The translations under genes were made by a program, and so were the position numbers. Source: an uncultured Chloroflexia bacterium (lineage in GTDB: Bacteria; Chloroflexota; Anaerolineae; Anaerolineales; Anaerolineaceae). From it: 32,000 bases of DNA. The number at the start of each line of letters is the position of its first letter. The stretch's first letter is position 1. Below, in pieces: positions 1 through 9,718 of the stretch. The DNA lies in NCBI GenBank assembly GCA_963806635.1, contig CAWDZA010000002.1:68048-100047 (forward strand). The letters run 5' to 3'. The notes below the pieces were generated by a model that made no database searches, had not been told where the DNA came from, and saw nothing but the letters and a program-made list of their open reading frames with translations.

Positions 1-2274
1 CCGCGGAACTTGCCGAAAAATATCTGGCTCCGCTTTCCGCCTTCATCGACCTGATGCTCCCGCCCGGTCTCAGCCAGCATGCGGATACGCTCTATTCGCG
101 TAATCCCGGCGTGGATGCGACAGTCGTGAACCCCACGCAAAAGCGCATCCTTGGGGAGATCGAAAAACGCGGACCTCTGCGTGGCAGGCAGCTGGATGCC
201 GCCATTCCTCGGGTGGATTGGCGCCCCTCCGCCGCCGCCCTGGTGAAGGCTGGAGTACTCATCACCCAGCCGGTGCTGCCCCCGCCCGCTGTGCGCCCCA
301 AGGTGGTGCGCACGGCGCAGCTTTCCCGCCCGTTGGAGCAGGCACACCAGATGGTGGAGGATGAGCCCAGGATGGCCGCAGCAGTTCGCGCACGCAGGCT
401 CTCAGCGCTGGAATTCCTGTCCCGCGAGGCAGTCCCGGTGAGCGTTTCCTGGGTGTATGCCGCGAGCGGCACGAAGCTGGCAGATCTGGAAAAACTGGCG
501 GAACTTGGGCTGGTGCAGCTCGGAGAAACCGAGATCTGGCGTGATCCGCTGCGCGATTTGGTGGCTCCTGTCTTTGATCCTCCGGTGCTCACCCGCGCCC
601 AGGAGGAAGCCCTGGAAAAGACCGACCGCGGATTGGAAAACGCCTCCCGCGGAGGCACCCCCAAACCCGCTCTTCTGCACGGCGTGACCGGCTCGGGTAA
701 AACTGAGATCTATCTCAAAGCCATTGAGCATACCCTGGCAAAGGGCAAACAGGCGATCGTGCTTGTACCCGAGATCGCCCTCACGCCGCAAACGGTGCGC
801 CGGCTGCTCGCCCGCTTTCCGGGCAGGGTGGGGCTGATCCATTCCCGGCTCTCCCCCGGCGAGCGTTTCGATACCTGGCGGCGCGCGCGGGATGGCGCCC
901 TGGATGTGATCCTGGGTCCGCGCAGCGCGCTTTTCACCCCCCTGCCCAACCTCGGGTTGATCGTGGTGGACGAATGCCACGAAGGCTCCTACTACCAGGA
1001 TGATCTCCCTCCCTTTTACCACGCGGTGGATGCCGCCCTGGCACTTGCCCGTCTCACGAAATCCGTGATCATTCTGGGGTCAGCCACCCCCTCTGTGGAG
1101 ATGGTGCAGCAGGCCAACCTGGAAGGTTGGGAGCGCCTGGAACTACCCAATCGCCTGCTTGCTCACCGGGCGGCGATCACCGGGGAATTGCAGGCGATGA
1201 AGAAAGAACTGCCCGCTCTCGCTTACGATCAGGACGCTATCACGCTGCCAATGCCCCCGGTCTCCATCATTGATATGCGTACGGAACTGAAGGAAGGCAA
1301 CCGTTCGGTCCTCAGCCGCGCGCTGCAGGTGGAGCTTGGCGCGGTGCTGGAGCGGGGTGAACAGGCTATCCTCTTCCTCAACCGGCGCGGGTCGGCAACC
1401 TATGTCTTCTGCCGGGAGTGCGGCGCACCATCTGCGTTGCCCGCGCTGCGAGCGGCCACTCACCTGGCATGAAGATACCGCCAGGCTGACCTGCCATTCC
1501 TGCGGATACACCCGCCAGATGCCGCAGAGCTGCCCCGTGTGCGGCAGCCGGGAGATCCGCCAGTATGGCACCGGAACACAGGCGGTGGAGAAATTGGTTC
1601 AGGAACTCTTTCCAACCGCGCGCACCCTGCGCTGGGATTGGGAAACAACCCGGCAGAAGGGCGCGAACGAGATGATCCTTTCGCACTTTGCCAACCACCG
1701 CGCCGATATCCTGATCGGCACCCAACTGCTGGCCAAGGGGTTGGATCTGCCGCTGGTGACATTGGTGGGGGTGATCCTGGCGGATGTGGGTCTGAACTTT
1801 CCGGATTTCCGCGCCGCCGAACGCACGTTTCAACTGCTCACCCAGGTGGCCGGGCGCGCGGGGCGCAGCCCGCTGGGCGGCAGGGTGATCTTCCAGACCT
1901 TCCAGCCGGAGAATTACGCCATCCAATCCGCCGCGCTGCACGATTTCAACGGCTTTTTTCACCAGGAACTGGGCTTCCGCCGGGACCTGGGGTATCCGCC
2001 ATTTACCAACCTTGTAAAGGTGGAATTTCGCGAGCTGGATGCGGGAAAGGCTGAGAAAAACGCGCGGAATTTCGCCGCGCAGGCGCGGGTGTGGATCGAG
2101 GAGGGCGGCTTCAAGGCGACCGAGCTGATCGGCCCAGTTCCGTGTTTTTTCTCGAAGGAGGGCGGCTATTACCGCTGGCAGGTGATCCTGAAAGGCCCCA
2201 ACCCGGCAGGAATCCTCCGGGGCAAGCCGCTGGGGGATGCCAGGGTGGTTGTGGATCCGCCCAGCCTGTTGTAG
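1..2274 (+). pseudogene. priA: primosomal protein N' (PriA replication-restart helicase); 5'-partial at window edge; one frame break near 1422-1427
   Basis: The frame of ORF 54..1472 stays open back to base 3 (AELAEKYLAPL...), so the gene starts upstream of the window. It has Walker A 'GVTGSGKTEIY', 'VVDECHE' and 'FLNRRG'. The Cys-rich zinc region continues in ORF 1336..2274 ('RCPRCERPLTWHEDTARLTCHSCGYTRQMPQSCPVCGS...GTGTQAVEKL'). Removing one base in GGCGCA (1422-1427) gives CRECGHHLRCPRC, the C-x2-C-x5-C-x2-C spacing typical of PriA. Confidence 0.9.
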
Positions 2275-2289
2275 TTATTTCCGACCGAA

Positions 2290-2309
2290 GGGCGGATAGC
2301 CATCCGCCC
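2290..2309 (+). terminator. GC-rich hairpin 16 nt after the priA stop (possible terminator, no U-tract)
   Basis: gggcggat/agcc/atccgccc forms an 8-bp perfect stem with a 4-nt loop. No T-run follows on the plus strand, so its function is uncertain. Confidence 0.3.
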
Positions 2310-2332
2310 CTACAAAGTCAACCGAATAAATG

Positions 2333-2356
2333 AAAAAGGCGGGCATTGCGCCCGCC
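2333..2356 (-). terminator. rho-independent terminator downstream of clpC
   Basis: The minus strand reads GGCGGGC-gcaat-GCCCGCC followed by TTTTTCATTTATT. This is a 7-bp GC stem (2338-2344 / 2350-2356) plus a T-run, about 50 nt after the clpC TAA (2406-2408). Confidence 0.65.
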
Positions 2357-2405
2357 CTTCAGAGATATTTTCGTGTGTTTCTTTTTTTTTCGTGGTAAAA
2401 AATTC

Positions 2406-4915
2406 TTATGCCGGCTCCGCCACCTTCTCGCGCTTGACCTTCACCTTTTTCTTCTTTGTCAGGATGATCTCCCCGGCTTTATCCAGGTCGATCCAGATGA
2501 TATCCCCATCCACGAACTCGCCGGCCAGCAGTTTATCCGAAAGGGCATCCTCGATCTTCTGCTGGATCACGCGCCGCAGCGGACGCGCGCCCATTTCGGG
2601 GTCGTAACCCTCATCCGCCAGCTTATTCAAGAGCCTCATCGGTGGCTTCCAGGGTCAGGTTGTGCTCAGCCAGGCGGTCGGAAACCTTCTTCAATTCCAG
2701 GGTCACGATCTCGCGGATCTGCTCGCGATTGAGGGCATGGAAGACGATGACCGAATCCAGGCGGTTGAGGAACTCGGGGCGGAAGACCTTTTTGAGCGAA
2801 TCCAGCAGGGTCTTGCGCATGTCGTCGTACTTCTGCTGCTCCTCGATGGCTTCATCGCGGGTGAGCTGAAAGCCGAGCGAGCCCTGCCTGCGGATCTCCT
2901 CCGCGCCGATGTTGGTGGTCATCACGATGATCGCGTTGCGGAAATCCACCTTGCGCCCCTTGGCATCCGAAAGATGCCCCTCCTCCATGATCTGCAGGAG
3001 CATGTTGTGCGCCTCGGGGTGGGCTTTCTCCACCTCGTCGAACACGACGATGGAATAGGGCTTGCGGCGGATGGCTTCGGTGAGCTGACCGGCTTCATCA
3101 TAGCCGACATAGCCAGGAGGCGCGCCCACCAGGCGGCTGACGGTGTGACGCTCCATGAACTCGGACATATCCAGCTGGATCATCGCGTCTTCGCTGCCGA
3201 AGAGGAAACGGGCCAGGGTCTTGGTCAGCTCGGTCTTGCCCACGCCGGTGGGACCCAGGAAGATGAAGGAGCCGATGGGGCGCTTGGGATCTTTGAGCCC
3301 GGCGCGCCCGCGCCGCACGGCTTTGGAGATGGCCTGGATGGCTTCCTCCTGCCCGACGATGGAGGTGCGCAGCTCATCTTCCATGTGCAGCAGGCGCTCG
3401 GATTCGGCGGTGGCCATCTGCATCACGGGCACGCCGGTCCACATGGAAACCACCTCGGCGATATCGTCGGCGGTGACCACGGGGCTGGTGGAGCGTTCCC
3501 AGGTGGTGCGCATTTTTTCCAGCTGAGCGTTGATGCTGCTTTCCCGGGTCAGCAGTGCCTGGGCTTCATCCAGCCGGCCATCTTCCACCGCGGTGGTGTG
3601 GCTCTGGCGCACTTCGCGCAGCTGGGTCATCAGGTCCTTCTGGGCTTTGGCCTGCGGGGATTTATACATGCGCACCCGCGAGGAGGATTCATCGATCAGG
3701 TCGATGGCCTTATCCGGCAGGAAGCGGTCGTTGACGTAGCGGGCGGAAAGGCGCGCGGCGGCTTCGAGGGCTGCATCGGAGATCACCAGGCGGTGGTGCT
3801 CTTCGTAGGGGGTGCGGATGCCGCGCAGGATCTGGATGGTCTCCTCCACGGTGGGTTCATTGACCATGATGGGCTGGAAGCGGCGCTCGAGGGCGGCGTC
3901 GCTTTCGATATTCTTGCGGTATTCATCGATGGTGGTGGCGCCGATCACCTGCAGCTCGCCGCGGGAAAGGGCGGGCTTGAGGATGTTGGCGGCATCCACC
4001 GAGGAACCGGCAGAACCGGCACCCACCAGCATGTGGACTTCATCGATGAAGAGGATGGACTTGGTGGCTTTGAGCTCGTCGATCACGCGCTTGAGGCGCT
4101 CTTCGAACTGACCGCGGTACATGGTGCCCGCCACCAGCGAGCCGACATCCAATTGAAGGACGCGCTTATTCGACGAGCGGCCCGGGGACATCCCCGGCGA
4201 TGATGCGCTGGGCGAGCCCTTCGATGATGGCGGTCTTGCCCACGCCGGGTTCGCCGATGAGGGCGGGGTTATTTTTGGTGCGGCGGGCCAGCACCTGGAT
4301 GACGCGCTCGATCTCCATCTGGCGCCCGATCACGGGGTCCAGCTTGCCTTCCTCGGCCTTGCCGGTCAGATCCGTGGCAAGCTGATCGACCAGGGGGGTT
4401 TTATCCTTCTTGCCGGATTCCGGTTTCTGCTGGGCGGTCTTATCCCCGCTGGCGGTGGTGGCACTGCCTGCCAGGCTGTTTTCGTTGAGCACGCGGTAGG
4501 TCTGGCGCCGGATCTGCTCCTGGGTGACGCCCAGCTTGCGCAGCACTTCCTGCCCGGCATCCTTGGTGGAATGGGTGAGGGCCAGCAGGAGGTGCTCGGT
4601 GCTGATGTATTGATTGCCCATGCGGCGGGCTTCCTCGATGGCCAGCTCCAGCAGCTCCTGCGTGCCGGGGGAAAGATCGATCTTGCCCTCGCGCTGCTCG
4701 CCATATCCGCCGATGCGCTCGACCATCTCCCGCACGCGGTCGGTCTCCAGTCCCAGGTCGCGCAGGACGCGCGAGGCGATGCCTTCCTCCTCCTCGATCA
4801 AACCCATCAGCACATGCTCTGTGCCGATGAAAGGCTGGCGAAAGCTTTCAGCAGCCTGGTGGGCCAGGCTGAGGACGTGGCGGGCGCGTTGGGTGAAGCG
4901 TTCCATTCCGGGCAA
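2406..4915 (-). pseudogene. clpC: ATP-dependent Clp protease ATP-binding subunit ClpC (class III AAA+), split into 3 ORFs by two frame breaks (~4171 and ~2623-2640)
   Basis: ORF 4166..4915 carries the Clp_N repeats and the first Walker A '[10 protein letters not shown]'. ORF 2623..4191 carries the rest of AAA-1, the middle domain and AAA-2 ('GPTGVGKTELTK', 'VVFDEVEKAH'). ORF 2406..2639 carries the C-terminal 'GYDPEMGARPLRRVIQ'. At junction 1, reading GDVPGPLV then [10 protein letters not shown] matches the VPxxLxxKRV spacing if one base near 4171 is dropped. An AGGAGG lies 8 nt upstream of a TTG start at 4915; an alternative ATG is at 4906. Confidence 0.9.
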
Positions 4916-5029
4916 GGGTCAATCCTCCTGAACGATTAAAACGGTACTTGCGGATGCGTGCCATCCTGAGCGGGAGTCTGATCTCAAGTTTTGGGTGAGA
5001 GGGGAACTCAGTCTGGCTGTGTGGAAATG

Positions 5030-5059
5030 ATTTTACCAAAGATTGGGGAGGAATTCCAA
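5030..5059 (-). promoter_or_regulatory. candidate sigma70-type promoter for clpC (-35 TTGGAA, 18-nt spacer, extended -10 TGGTAAAAT)
   Basis: The minus strand reads TTGGAA(5059-5054)-18 nt-TGG TAAAAT(5035-5030), about 115 nt upstream of the clpC start. This is a motif match only. Confidence 0.35.
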
Positions 5060-5121
5060 CGGAGGGTGTACAGGGAACATAAGAGATGTATAAGAAATCC
5101 CTCTCCCTCTCCGGGTGGAAG

Positions 5122-5222
5122 ACAACCCCTCCCTAGCCCTCCCCAAAATAAAACCGATTTTGGAGAGGGGACTGGCAGCCTCCCTCTCCATCCGAAGGAT
5201 GGGGAGGGAGTGAGGGAGGGGT
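5122..5222. repeat. C/G-tract palindromic (REP-like) element cluster, left flank of the DUF559 gene
   Basis: The 24-mer acaacccctccctagccctcccca (5122-5145) is repeated exactly at 5585-5608. Two imperfect hairpins follow: ctccccaaaat(5139-5149)/attttggagag(5157-5167), and cctccctctccatcc(5179-5193)-gaa-ggatggggagggag(5197-5210). Each has one mismatch. Confidence 0.7.
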
Positions 5223-5233
5223 AAAATAATTAA

Positions 5234-5599
5234 GTGGCCAAATCCAACCCCACCTCTTCGATCCAATCCCGCGTTCGCGAAATGCGGCACGAACCGACCG
5301 AGGCGGAAGCCAGGCTCTGGTCCCAGCTTAGAGCACATCGGGTAAATGGTATTCATTTCCGCCGCCAGCATCCGCTTGGACCCTATATTGTGGATTTCTG
5401 TGCGGTGCAGTCCAGGCTGATCATCGAAGTGGATGGCAGCGGGCATCTGGAGCAGGAAGAATATGACCGCGAACGAACGGAATTTCTGGAAACGAAGGGT
5501 TACCGTGTGCTGCGCTTCTGGAACAACGAAGTGCTGGGCGATGTGGAGACAGTGATGGGGGTGATTTTGGAGACACTGGAAAGAACAACCCCTCCCTAG
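5234..5599 (+). CDS. DUF559 (Vsr-like, PD-(D/E)XK) endonuclease domain protein
   Basis: 121 aa with a GTG start. It shows the typical DUF559 pattern 'REMRHEPTEAEARLWSQLR...FRRQHPLGPYIVDFCAVQSRLIIEVDGSGH...RTEFLETKGYRVLRFWNNEV'. Its last codons (TTPP*) lie inside the right-hand copy of the 24-bp repeat. Confidence 0.8.
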   Translation: MAKSNPTSSIQSRVREMRHEPTEAEARLWSQLRAHRVNGIHFRRQHPLGPYIVDFCAVQSRLIIEVDGSGHLEQEEYDRERTEFLETKGYRVLRFWNNEVLGDVETVMGVILETLERTTPP

Positions 5600-5627
5600 C
5601 CCTCCCCATCCTACGGATGGAGAGGGG
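5585..5627. repeat. second copy of the REP-like element (24-bp direct repeat + hairpin), right flank of the DUF559 gene
   Basis: Positions 5585-5608 are identical to 5122-5145. A hairpin follows: cctccccatcc(5601-5611)-tac-ggatggagagggg(5615-5627). Confidence 0.7.
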
Positions 5628-5635
5628 ATAAAAAC

Positions 5636-6796
5636 CTATATCTTCCCCACAAAACGCTCGATCCTGCGTAGCGCTTCCTCGATTTGGTCGTAGGCGGTGG
5701 CGTAGGAGCAGCGCACGAACCCCTCACCCCCCGCGCCGAAGGAATTGCCCGGCACCACGGCAACGTGTTCCTCCTGCAGCAGGCGGTGGGCGAATTCCTC
5801 GTCATCCAGCCCGGTGACCGAGACCTTCGGGAAGGCGTAAAACGCGCCGTGCGGCTCCACGGTGGGCAGACCGATGCGGTTCAGCCCATCCACGATCAGC
5901 CTCCTGCGCCGGTCGTATTCGGCGTGCATCTCCTTCACGTAGGGCTCACCGCTCTTCAGGGCTTCCTCCGCGGCGGCCTGAGCCGTGGTGGGGGCAGACA
6001 TGACCATATACTGGTGCACCCGTACCAACCCCTTGATGATCTCGGCGGGTCCGGCGGCATAGCCGATGCGCCAGCCGGTCATGGCGTAATCCTTCGAAAA
6101 GCCCCCCAGCAGCACGGTGCGGCTGCGCATGCCCGGCAGGGTGGGGAAGCAGACGTGCTCCACCCCGTAGACCAGGCGGTCGTAGATCTCGTCGGAGAGC
6201 ACCACCAGGTCGTGTTCCTCGGCGATGCGGGCGATCTGCAGCAGGCTTTCGCGGCTGGCCACCGCCCCGGTGGGGTTGCAGGGGAAGCCGAGCAGGATGG
6301 CTTTGCTGCGCGCGGAAACTGCTTTGGAGATATCGGCGGGATCTACATCGAAGTTATTCTCAAACCGGCAGGGCACCTCCACCGCCGCGCCGCCCGCCAT
6401 GATGGCGGAAGCCTGGTAGCTGACGAAGCAGGGGGTGGGGATGATCATCTCGTCGCCCGGGTCCAGCAGGGCGATGGCGCACAGGTTCAGCGCCTCCGAG
6501 CCGCCCACGGTGATGACGATCTCGGTGGCGGGGTCGTAGGTGACCCCGTAGAGCTTTTTGAGGTGCGCCGAAAGCGCCTGGCGCAGGGGGAGCGTGCCGA
6601 AATTGGAGGTGTAGTGGGTCTCGTTGCGCTGCAGCGAGCGGATGCCGGCCTGCAGGACTGGCTCGGGGGTGTTGAAATCCGGCTCGCCGATGCCCAGCGA
6701 GATCACTTCCTTCATGGTGGCGGCGATATCAAAGAACTTGCGGATGCCGGAGGGCCTGAGCCCGGCGATGCGGCGGGCGATGTATTGTTCGCGCAT
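5636..6796 (-). CDS. pyridoxal-phosphate-dependent aminotransferase, class I/II (aspartate/alanine aminotransferase-like)
   Basis: 386 aa with 'GFPCNPTGAV' and the PLP-lysine context 'GGFSKDYAMTGWRIGY'. The ATG at 6796 is preceded by AGGAG. The length is typical of the family. Confidence 0.9.
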   Translation of the reverse strand: MREQYIARRIAGLRPSGIRKFFDIAATMKEVISLGIGEPDFNTPEPVLQAGIRSLQRNETHYTSNFGTLPLRQALSAHLKKLYGVTYDPATEIVITVGGSEALNLCAIALLDPGDEMIIPTPCFVSYQASAIMAGGAAVEVPCRFENNFDVDPADISKAVSARSKAILLGFPCNPTGAVASRESLLQIARIAEEHDLVVLSDEIYDRLVYGVEHVCFPTLPGMRSRTVLLGGFSKDYAMTGWRIGYAAGPAEIIKGLVRVHQYMVMSAPTTAQAAAEEALKSGEPYVKEMHAEYDRRRRLIVDGLNRIGLPTVEPHGAFYAFPKVSVTGLDDEEFAHRLLQEEHVAVVPGNSFGAGGEGFVRCSYATAYDQIEEALRRIERFVGKI

Positions 6797-6808
6797 GAGT
6801 CTCCTGTA

Positions 6809-7846
6809 TTATTCCTGCTGAGGGATGGGTTGATCTACTTCAACGATCGAGTTATCGCCGATATTGAGCCGGCCGCGGGCGCCCTTCACGATCACATCAC
6901 GTCCGAGATGCGAGTGGGTGAGGGTGCTATTCTCCACCATTGCACCCCGCTCGATGATCGCATCGTTCACGGTCACATTGTGCATCTCCACGCCCTCCGC
7001 CAGCGAGACGTGCGGACCGATGGTGCAGCTCTCCAGCTTTGCGTCCGCGGGGATGAAAACCGGCGGGATGACCTTCACACCGGCGTGGCGGGCGGCTTCG
7101 GCGGAGTTATCGTTGCCGCGCTCCAGCAGGTAGCGGTTCGTTTCGAGGGTAGCCTCGCGCGTGCCGGCATCCAGCCAGGTCTCCACGCTTTTGGTGGTGA
7201 AGACCGCGCCTTCCTCCAGCAGAACATTGATCGTATCGGTCACGAAATACTCGCCCTTGAGCGAGATCCCGCGCCGCACCTGGTCCTCGATGGCTTTCAT
7301 CAGGCGCGCACCGGATTTGAAATAATAGAACCCCACCACCACGCGGTTGTTGTGGATATCGGCGGGCTTTTCAACCATGCGGGTCACAAACCCCTTGGAA
7401 TCCACCTCCGCCACGCCAAAGCGGCGCGGATCGGGCACTTCCTTCACCCAGGCGACCCCATCCTGCTGCACGGTGGGCAGGAAGGCGAGATCCGTCTCGA
7501 TCAGCGTATCCGAAAAGGACATGAGCATGGGTCCGTGCAGGAATTCGCGCGCCAGGTAGAGCGCGTCGGATTGCCCGCGCATCACCGCCTGGATCACGTA
7601 TTCCACGCGCTTTTCCGGGTGAACTTTTTCCATGTACTCCTTCACCTGGTCAACCTGGAACGGGCTGCAGATGAAGACCCAGCGCGCGGATCCCACCCCG
7701 GGCAGGGTATCGAACTGCGCCAGGCAGTAATCGAGGACGGTCTTGCCCGCCAGGTGGATGAGCGGCTTGGCCTTGCTCCAGGTGTGCGGGCGCATGCGGG
7801 TGCCGTGGCCGGCCATGGGGATGGCAATGGAGAATGGTTCGCTCAA
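6809..7846 (-). CDS. sugar-phosphate nucleotidyltransferase (NTP-transferase domain + C-terminal left-handed beta-helix)
   Basis: 345 aa with the N-terminal 'PMAGHGTRMRPHTWSKAKPL' (GxGTRxxPxTxxxxKPL). The C-terminus has hexapeptide-like repeats. A TTG start at 7846 has GGAGG 5 nt upstream. Confidence 0.8.
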   Translation of the reverse strand: MSEPFSIAIPMAGHGTRMRPHTWSKAKPLIHLAGKTVLDYCLAQFDTLPGVGSARWVFICSPFQVDQVKEYMEKVHPEKRVEYVIQAVMRGQSDALYLAREFLHGPMLMSFSDTLIETDLAFLPTVQQDGVAWVKEVPDPRRFGVAEVDSKGFVTRMVEKPADIHNNRVVVGFYYFKSGARLMKAIEDQVRRGISLKGEYFVTDTINVLLEEGAVFTTKSVETWLDAGTREATLETNRYLLERGNDNSAEAARHAGVKVIPPVFIPADAKLESCTIGPHVSLAEGVEMHNVTVNDAIIERGAMVENSTLTHSHLGRDVIVKGARGRLNIGDNSIVEVDQPIPQQE

Positions 7847-7882
7847 ATCTGCCTCCGGTGAAGAGATCGGGTTGTAGAAATC

Positions 7883-7888
7883 ATTTTA
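7883..7888 (-). promoter_or_regulatory. candidate -10 element (GGTAAAAT) upstream of the nucleotidyltransferase/aminotransferase unit
   Basis: The minus strand reads GGGGTAAAATGATTTC, 36 nt upstream of the TTG start. The same GGTAAAAT(S)ATTTC string occurs upstream of clpC. Confidence 0.3.
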
Positions 7889-7900
7889 CCCCAGGCAGGT

Positions 7901-9610
7901 TCACTTCGCAGCGGCTTCGAACCCGGCGATCTGCTCCTCGCAGAGGGCGATCAGCTCCCCGAGGGTGCCGGCATCAAAGGCCAGGCGCGCGCCGGCAGCC
8001 TGGTAAAGCTCCGGCAGGGGGACGCTGTTGCCGAGCGAGAGCGCGCGTCGGTAGGCTTTCACCGCGCCGGCCTGGTCCTGCAGGGCGTTGCGCCAGATCA
8101 TGGTGGCGCCCATCTGCGCCAGGCCGTATTCGATATAGTAGAACGGCACCTCGAAGATGTGCATCTTTCGGTGCCAGCCGGTGACTTTTATCTCTTCCAG
8201 CCCGGACCAATCCACGCCCTGCATGAAGCGCTCCCACAGGTCGCCCCAGGCGGCATCGCAACTCCGGGGGTCTTTCGCCTGGGCGGGATGCTCATAGACC
8301 CAGTGCTGGAAGCCATCCACCACAGCCATATACGGCCAGAAGAGGATGTTGCCCTCCAGGTGCTCGATGCGCGCGCGGGCGTAATCCGCGTCGTTGTAAT
8401 ACCCGCCCTTCTCGGCTTTGAGGTAGGGCGCAGCCAGCAGCTCCATGCTCATGGATGCCACCTCGGCGATCTCCATCGGGTAGTTGAGCTGCTCGGCATA
8501 GGGCAGCTTGCCGGCTTCAAAGACGTGGAAGGCGTGCCCGGATTCGTGCAGCATGGTCTGCACGTCGTCGTGGATGCCGACCGCGTTGTGGAAGATGAAG
8601 GGCTTGCGCGCCAGGGGGAAGGTATCGCAGTAGGCGCCGGGTCCCTTGTTCTTGCGGTTCATCAGGTCCAGCATATCTTCCTTCACCATTGTGTCGAAAT
8701 AGCCACCGAGATCGGGGTCGACCTGGTGGAAGATCGAGGAGGTCTTGCGGATGAGGGTCTGCTCATCCTGGAAGGGGCGCAGGGGCGGCCTGCCGAGCGG
8801 GTCCACGTCCAGGTCCCAGGGGCGCAGGCTGGAAAGACCCATCTGCTGCTGGCGGCGGGCGTAGATGCGCCGGGCGGCTGGGACGACCGCTTGCTCGATG
8901 GCATCCCCGAACTTTTTGGCGTCCGCGGGGGTGTAATCGAAGCGGAAGAGCTTCTGCCACATGTAGGCGCGGAAATCGGTCTTACCCGCGTTCTTCGCCA
9001 GCGAGAAGCGCAGGTCGAGGAAGCGGTTCCAGAGCGCGTTGTAGGCATCCCGGTCAGCCAGCTGCCTGCTGGTTGTTAATCGCCAGGCTTTTTCCCGCAA
9101 TGCGCGGTCGGTCTCCAGGTAGACCGGTTTGAGCTGGGTGACGGTGCGCTCCTCGCCCTCCCATTGGACGGTCTGCGCCCCGATGATGGCATCATATTCC
9201 GAGATCATCTTCTGTTCCTCGGCCAGGAGGGGCAGGTTCGCTTCGCGGTAGAGATCGGCTTCGGCGCGCATGTTGCGCATCTGCACCGCATAGCCCTTGG
9301 GCTCCAATCCGCTTGCCAGCAATTTTTCCTTCAACTTCTGCTCGGCAGCCAGGTAGGCGGGGTAGATATTATCCATGAAATCATTGAACTGCCTATCGAT
9401 CTTCTCATCCGCGGTGAAGCGGGTCTTGGCAACGTAGAGGCGTTCCTTCAGCTCATAAACGCAGGAGGCCACGTCCGACCATTCCTTGAGCCAGGCATCC
9501 ACATTCGCGGGGGAGATCCCGCGCGCGGCAAGCTCCTCATAAACAGGCTGGTAGGTGGACCAGGTGGATGCAAGCAACGCTTCGGTGGATTTCGGCAGGG
9601 CAGGATTCAT
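7901..9610 (-). CDS. pepF: M3-family oligoendopeptidase (PepF-like zinc metallopeptidase)
   Basis: 569 aa with the zinc motif 'MLHESGHAFH' (HExxH). Length and layout are typical of M3B oligoendopeptidase F. GAGG lies 8 nt upstream of the ATG at 9610. Confidence 0.85.
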   Translation of the reverse strand: MNPALPKSTEALLASTWSTYQPVYEELAARGISPANVDAWLKEWSDVASCVYELKERLYVAKTRFTADEKIDRQFNDFMDNIYPAYLAAEQKLKEKLLASGLEPKGYAVQMRNMRAEADLYREANLPLLAEEQKMISEYDAIIGAQTVQWEGEERTVTQLKPVYLETDRALREKAWRLTTSRQLADRDAYNALWNRFLDLRFSLAKNAGKTDFRAYMWQKLFRFDYTPADAKKFGDAIEQAVVPAARRIYARRQQQMGLSSLRPWDLDVDPLGRPPLRPFQDEQTLIRKTSSIFHQVDPDLGGYFDTMVKEDMLDLMNRKNKGPGAYCDTFPLARKPFIFHNAVGIHDDVQTMLHESGHAFHVFEAGKLPYAEQLNYPMEIAEVASMSMELLAAPYLKAEKGGYYNDADYARARIEHLEGNILFWPYMAVVDGFQHWVYEHPAQAKDPRSCDAAWGDLWERFMQGVDWSGLEEIKVTGWHRKMHIFEVPFYYIEYGLAQMGATMIWRNALQDQAGAVKAYRRALSLGNSVPLPELYQAAGARLAFDAGTLGELIALCEEQIAGFEAAAK

Positions 9611-9640
9611 GGGTTAACCTCGATACTCAGGGATGAATAA

Positions 9641-9649
9641 ATTTTACCA
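9641..9649 (-). promoter_or_regulatory. candidate extended -10 (TGGTAAAAT) for pepF
   Basis: The minus strand reads TGGTAAAAT, 30 nt upstream of the pepF ATG, in the divergent pepF/radA intergenic region. Confidence 0.35.
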
Positions 9650-9706
9650 TCCGGATGGAAAAACCTTTGTGCAGAGAAGGGGAACACCTCGAAAATTCAA
9701 AAAGAT

Positions 9707-9712
9707 TATAAT
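9707..9712 (+). promoter_or_regulatory. candidate -10 (TATAAT) for radA, positioned for a leaderless transcript
   Basis: A perfect TATAAT ends 6 nt before the A of the radA ATG (9719). No Shine-Dalgarno sequence lies between them. Confidence 0.4.
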
Positions 9713-9718
9713 TTACCC

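Noticed and set aside
2382-2390. T9 homopolymer as a possible phase-variation tract
   Set aside because: It is intergenic, between the clpC stop and its terminator hairpin. It lies neither within a coding sequence nor between recognisable promoter elements.
2623-4191. Both clpC frame junctions contain GAATAAGC; I considered a programmed ribosomal frameshift signal
   Set aside because: It is not a slippery heptamer. No comparable motif occurs at the other ~11 junctions, and ClpC is not known to use recoding. Coincidence plus an indel error is more likely.
2662-4203. 513-aa plus-strand ORF opposite clpC
   Set aside because: It is a shadow ORF antisense to an unambiguous ClpC coding sequence, with no motifs and biased composition.
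5234-5599. DUF559 nuclease as part of a restriction-modification or other defence system
   Set aside because: No methyltransferase, ATPase/helicase or other defence partner is adjacent. The neighbours are clpC and an aminotransferase.
5684-7861. 725-aa plus-strand ORF, the longest in the window
   Set aside because: It lies antisense to two well-supported minus-strand genes (aminotransferase and nucleotidyltransferase). Its translation is a low-complexity G/A/H/D/R-rich string with no recognisable motifs. This is a typical shadow ORF in G+C-rich DNA.
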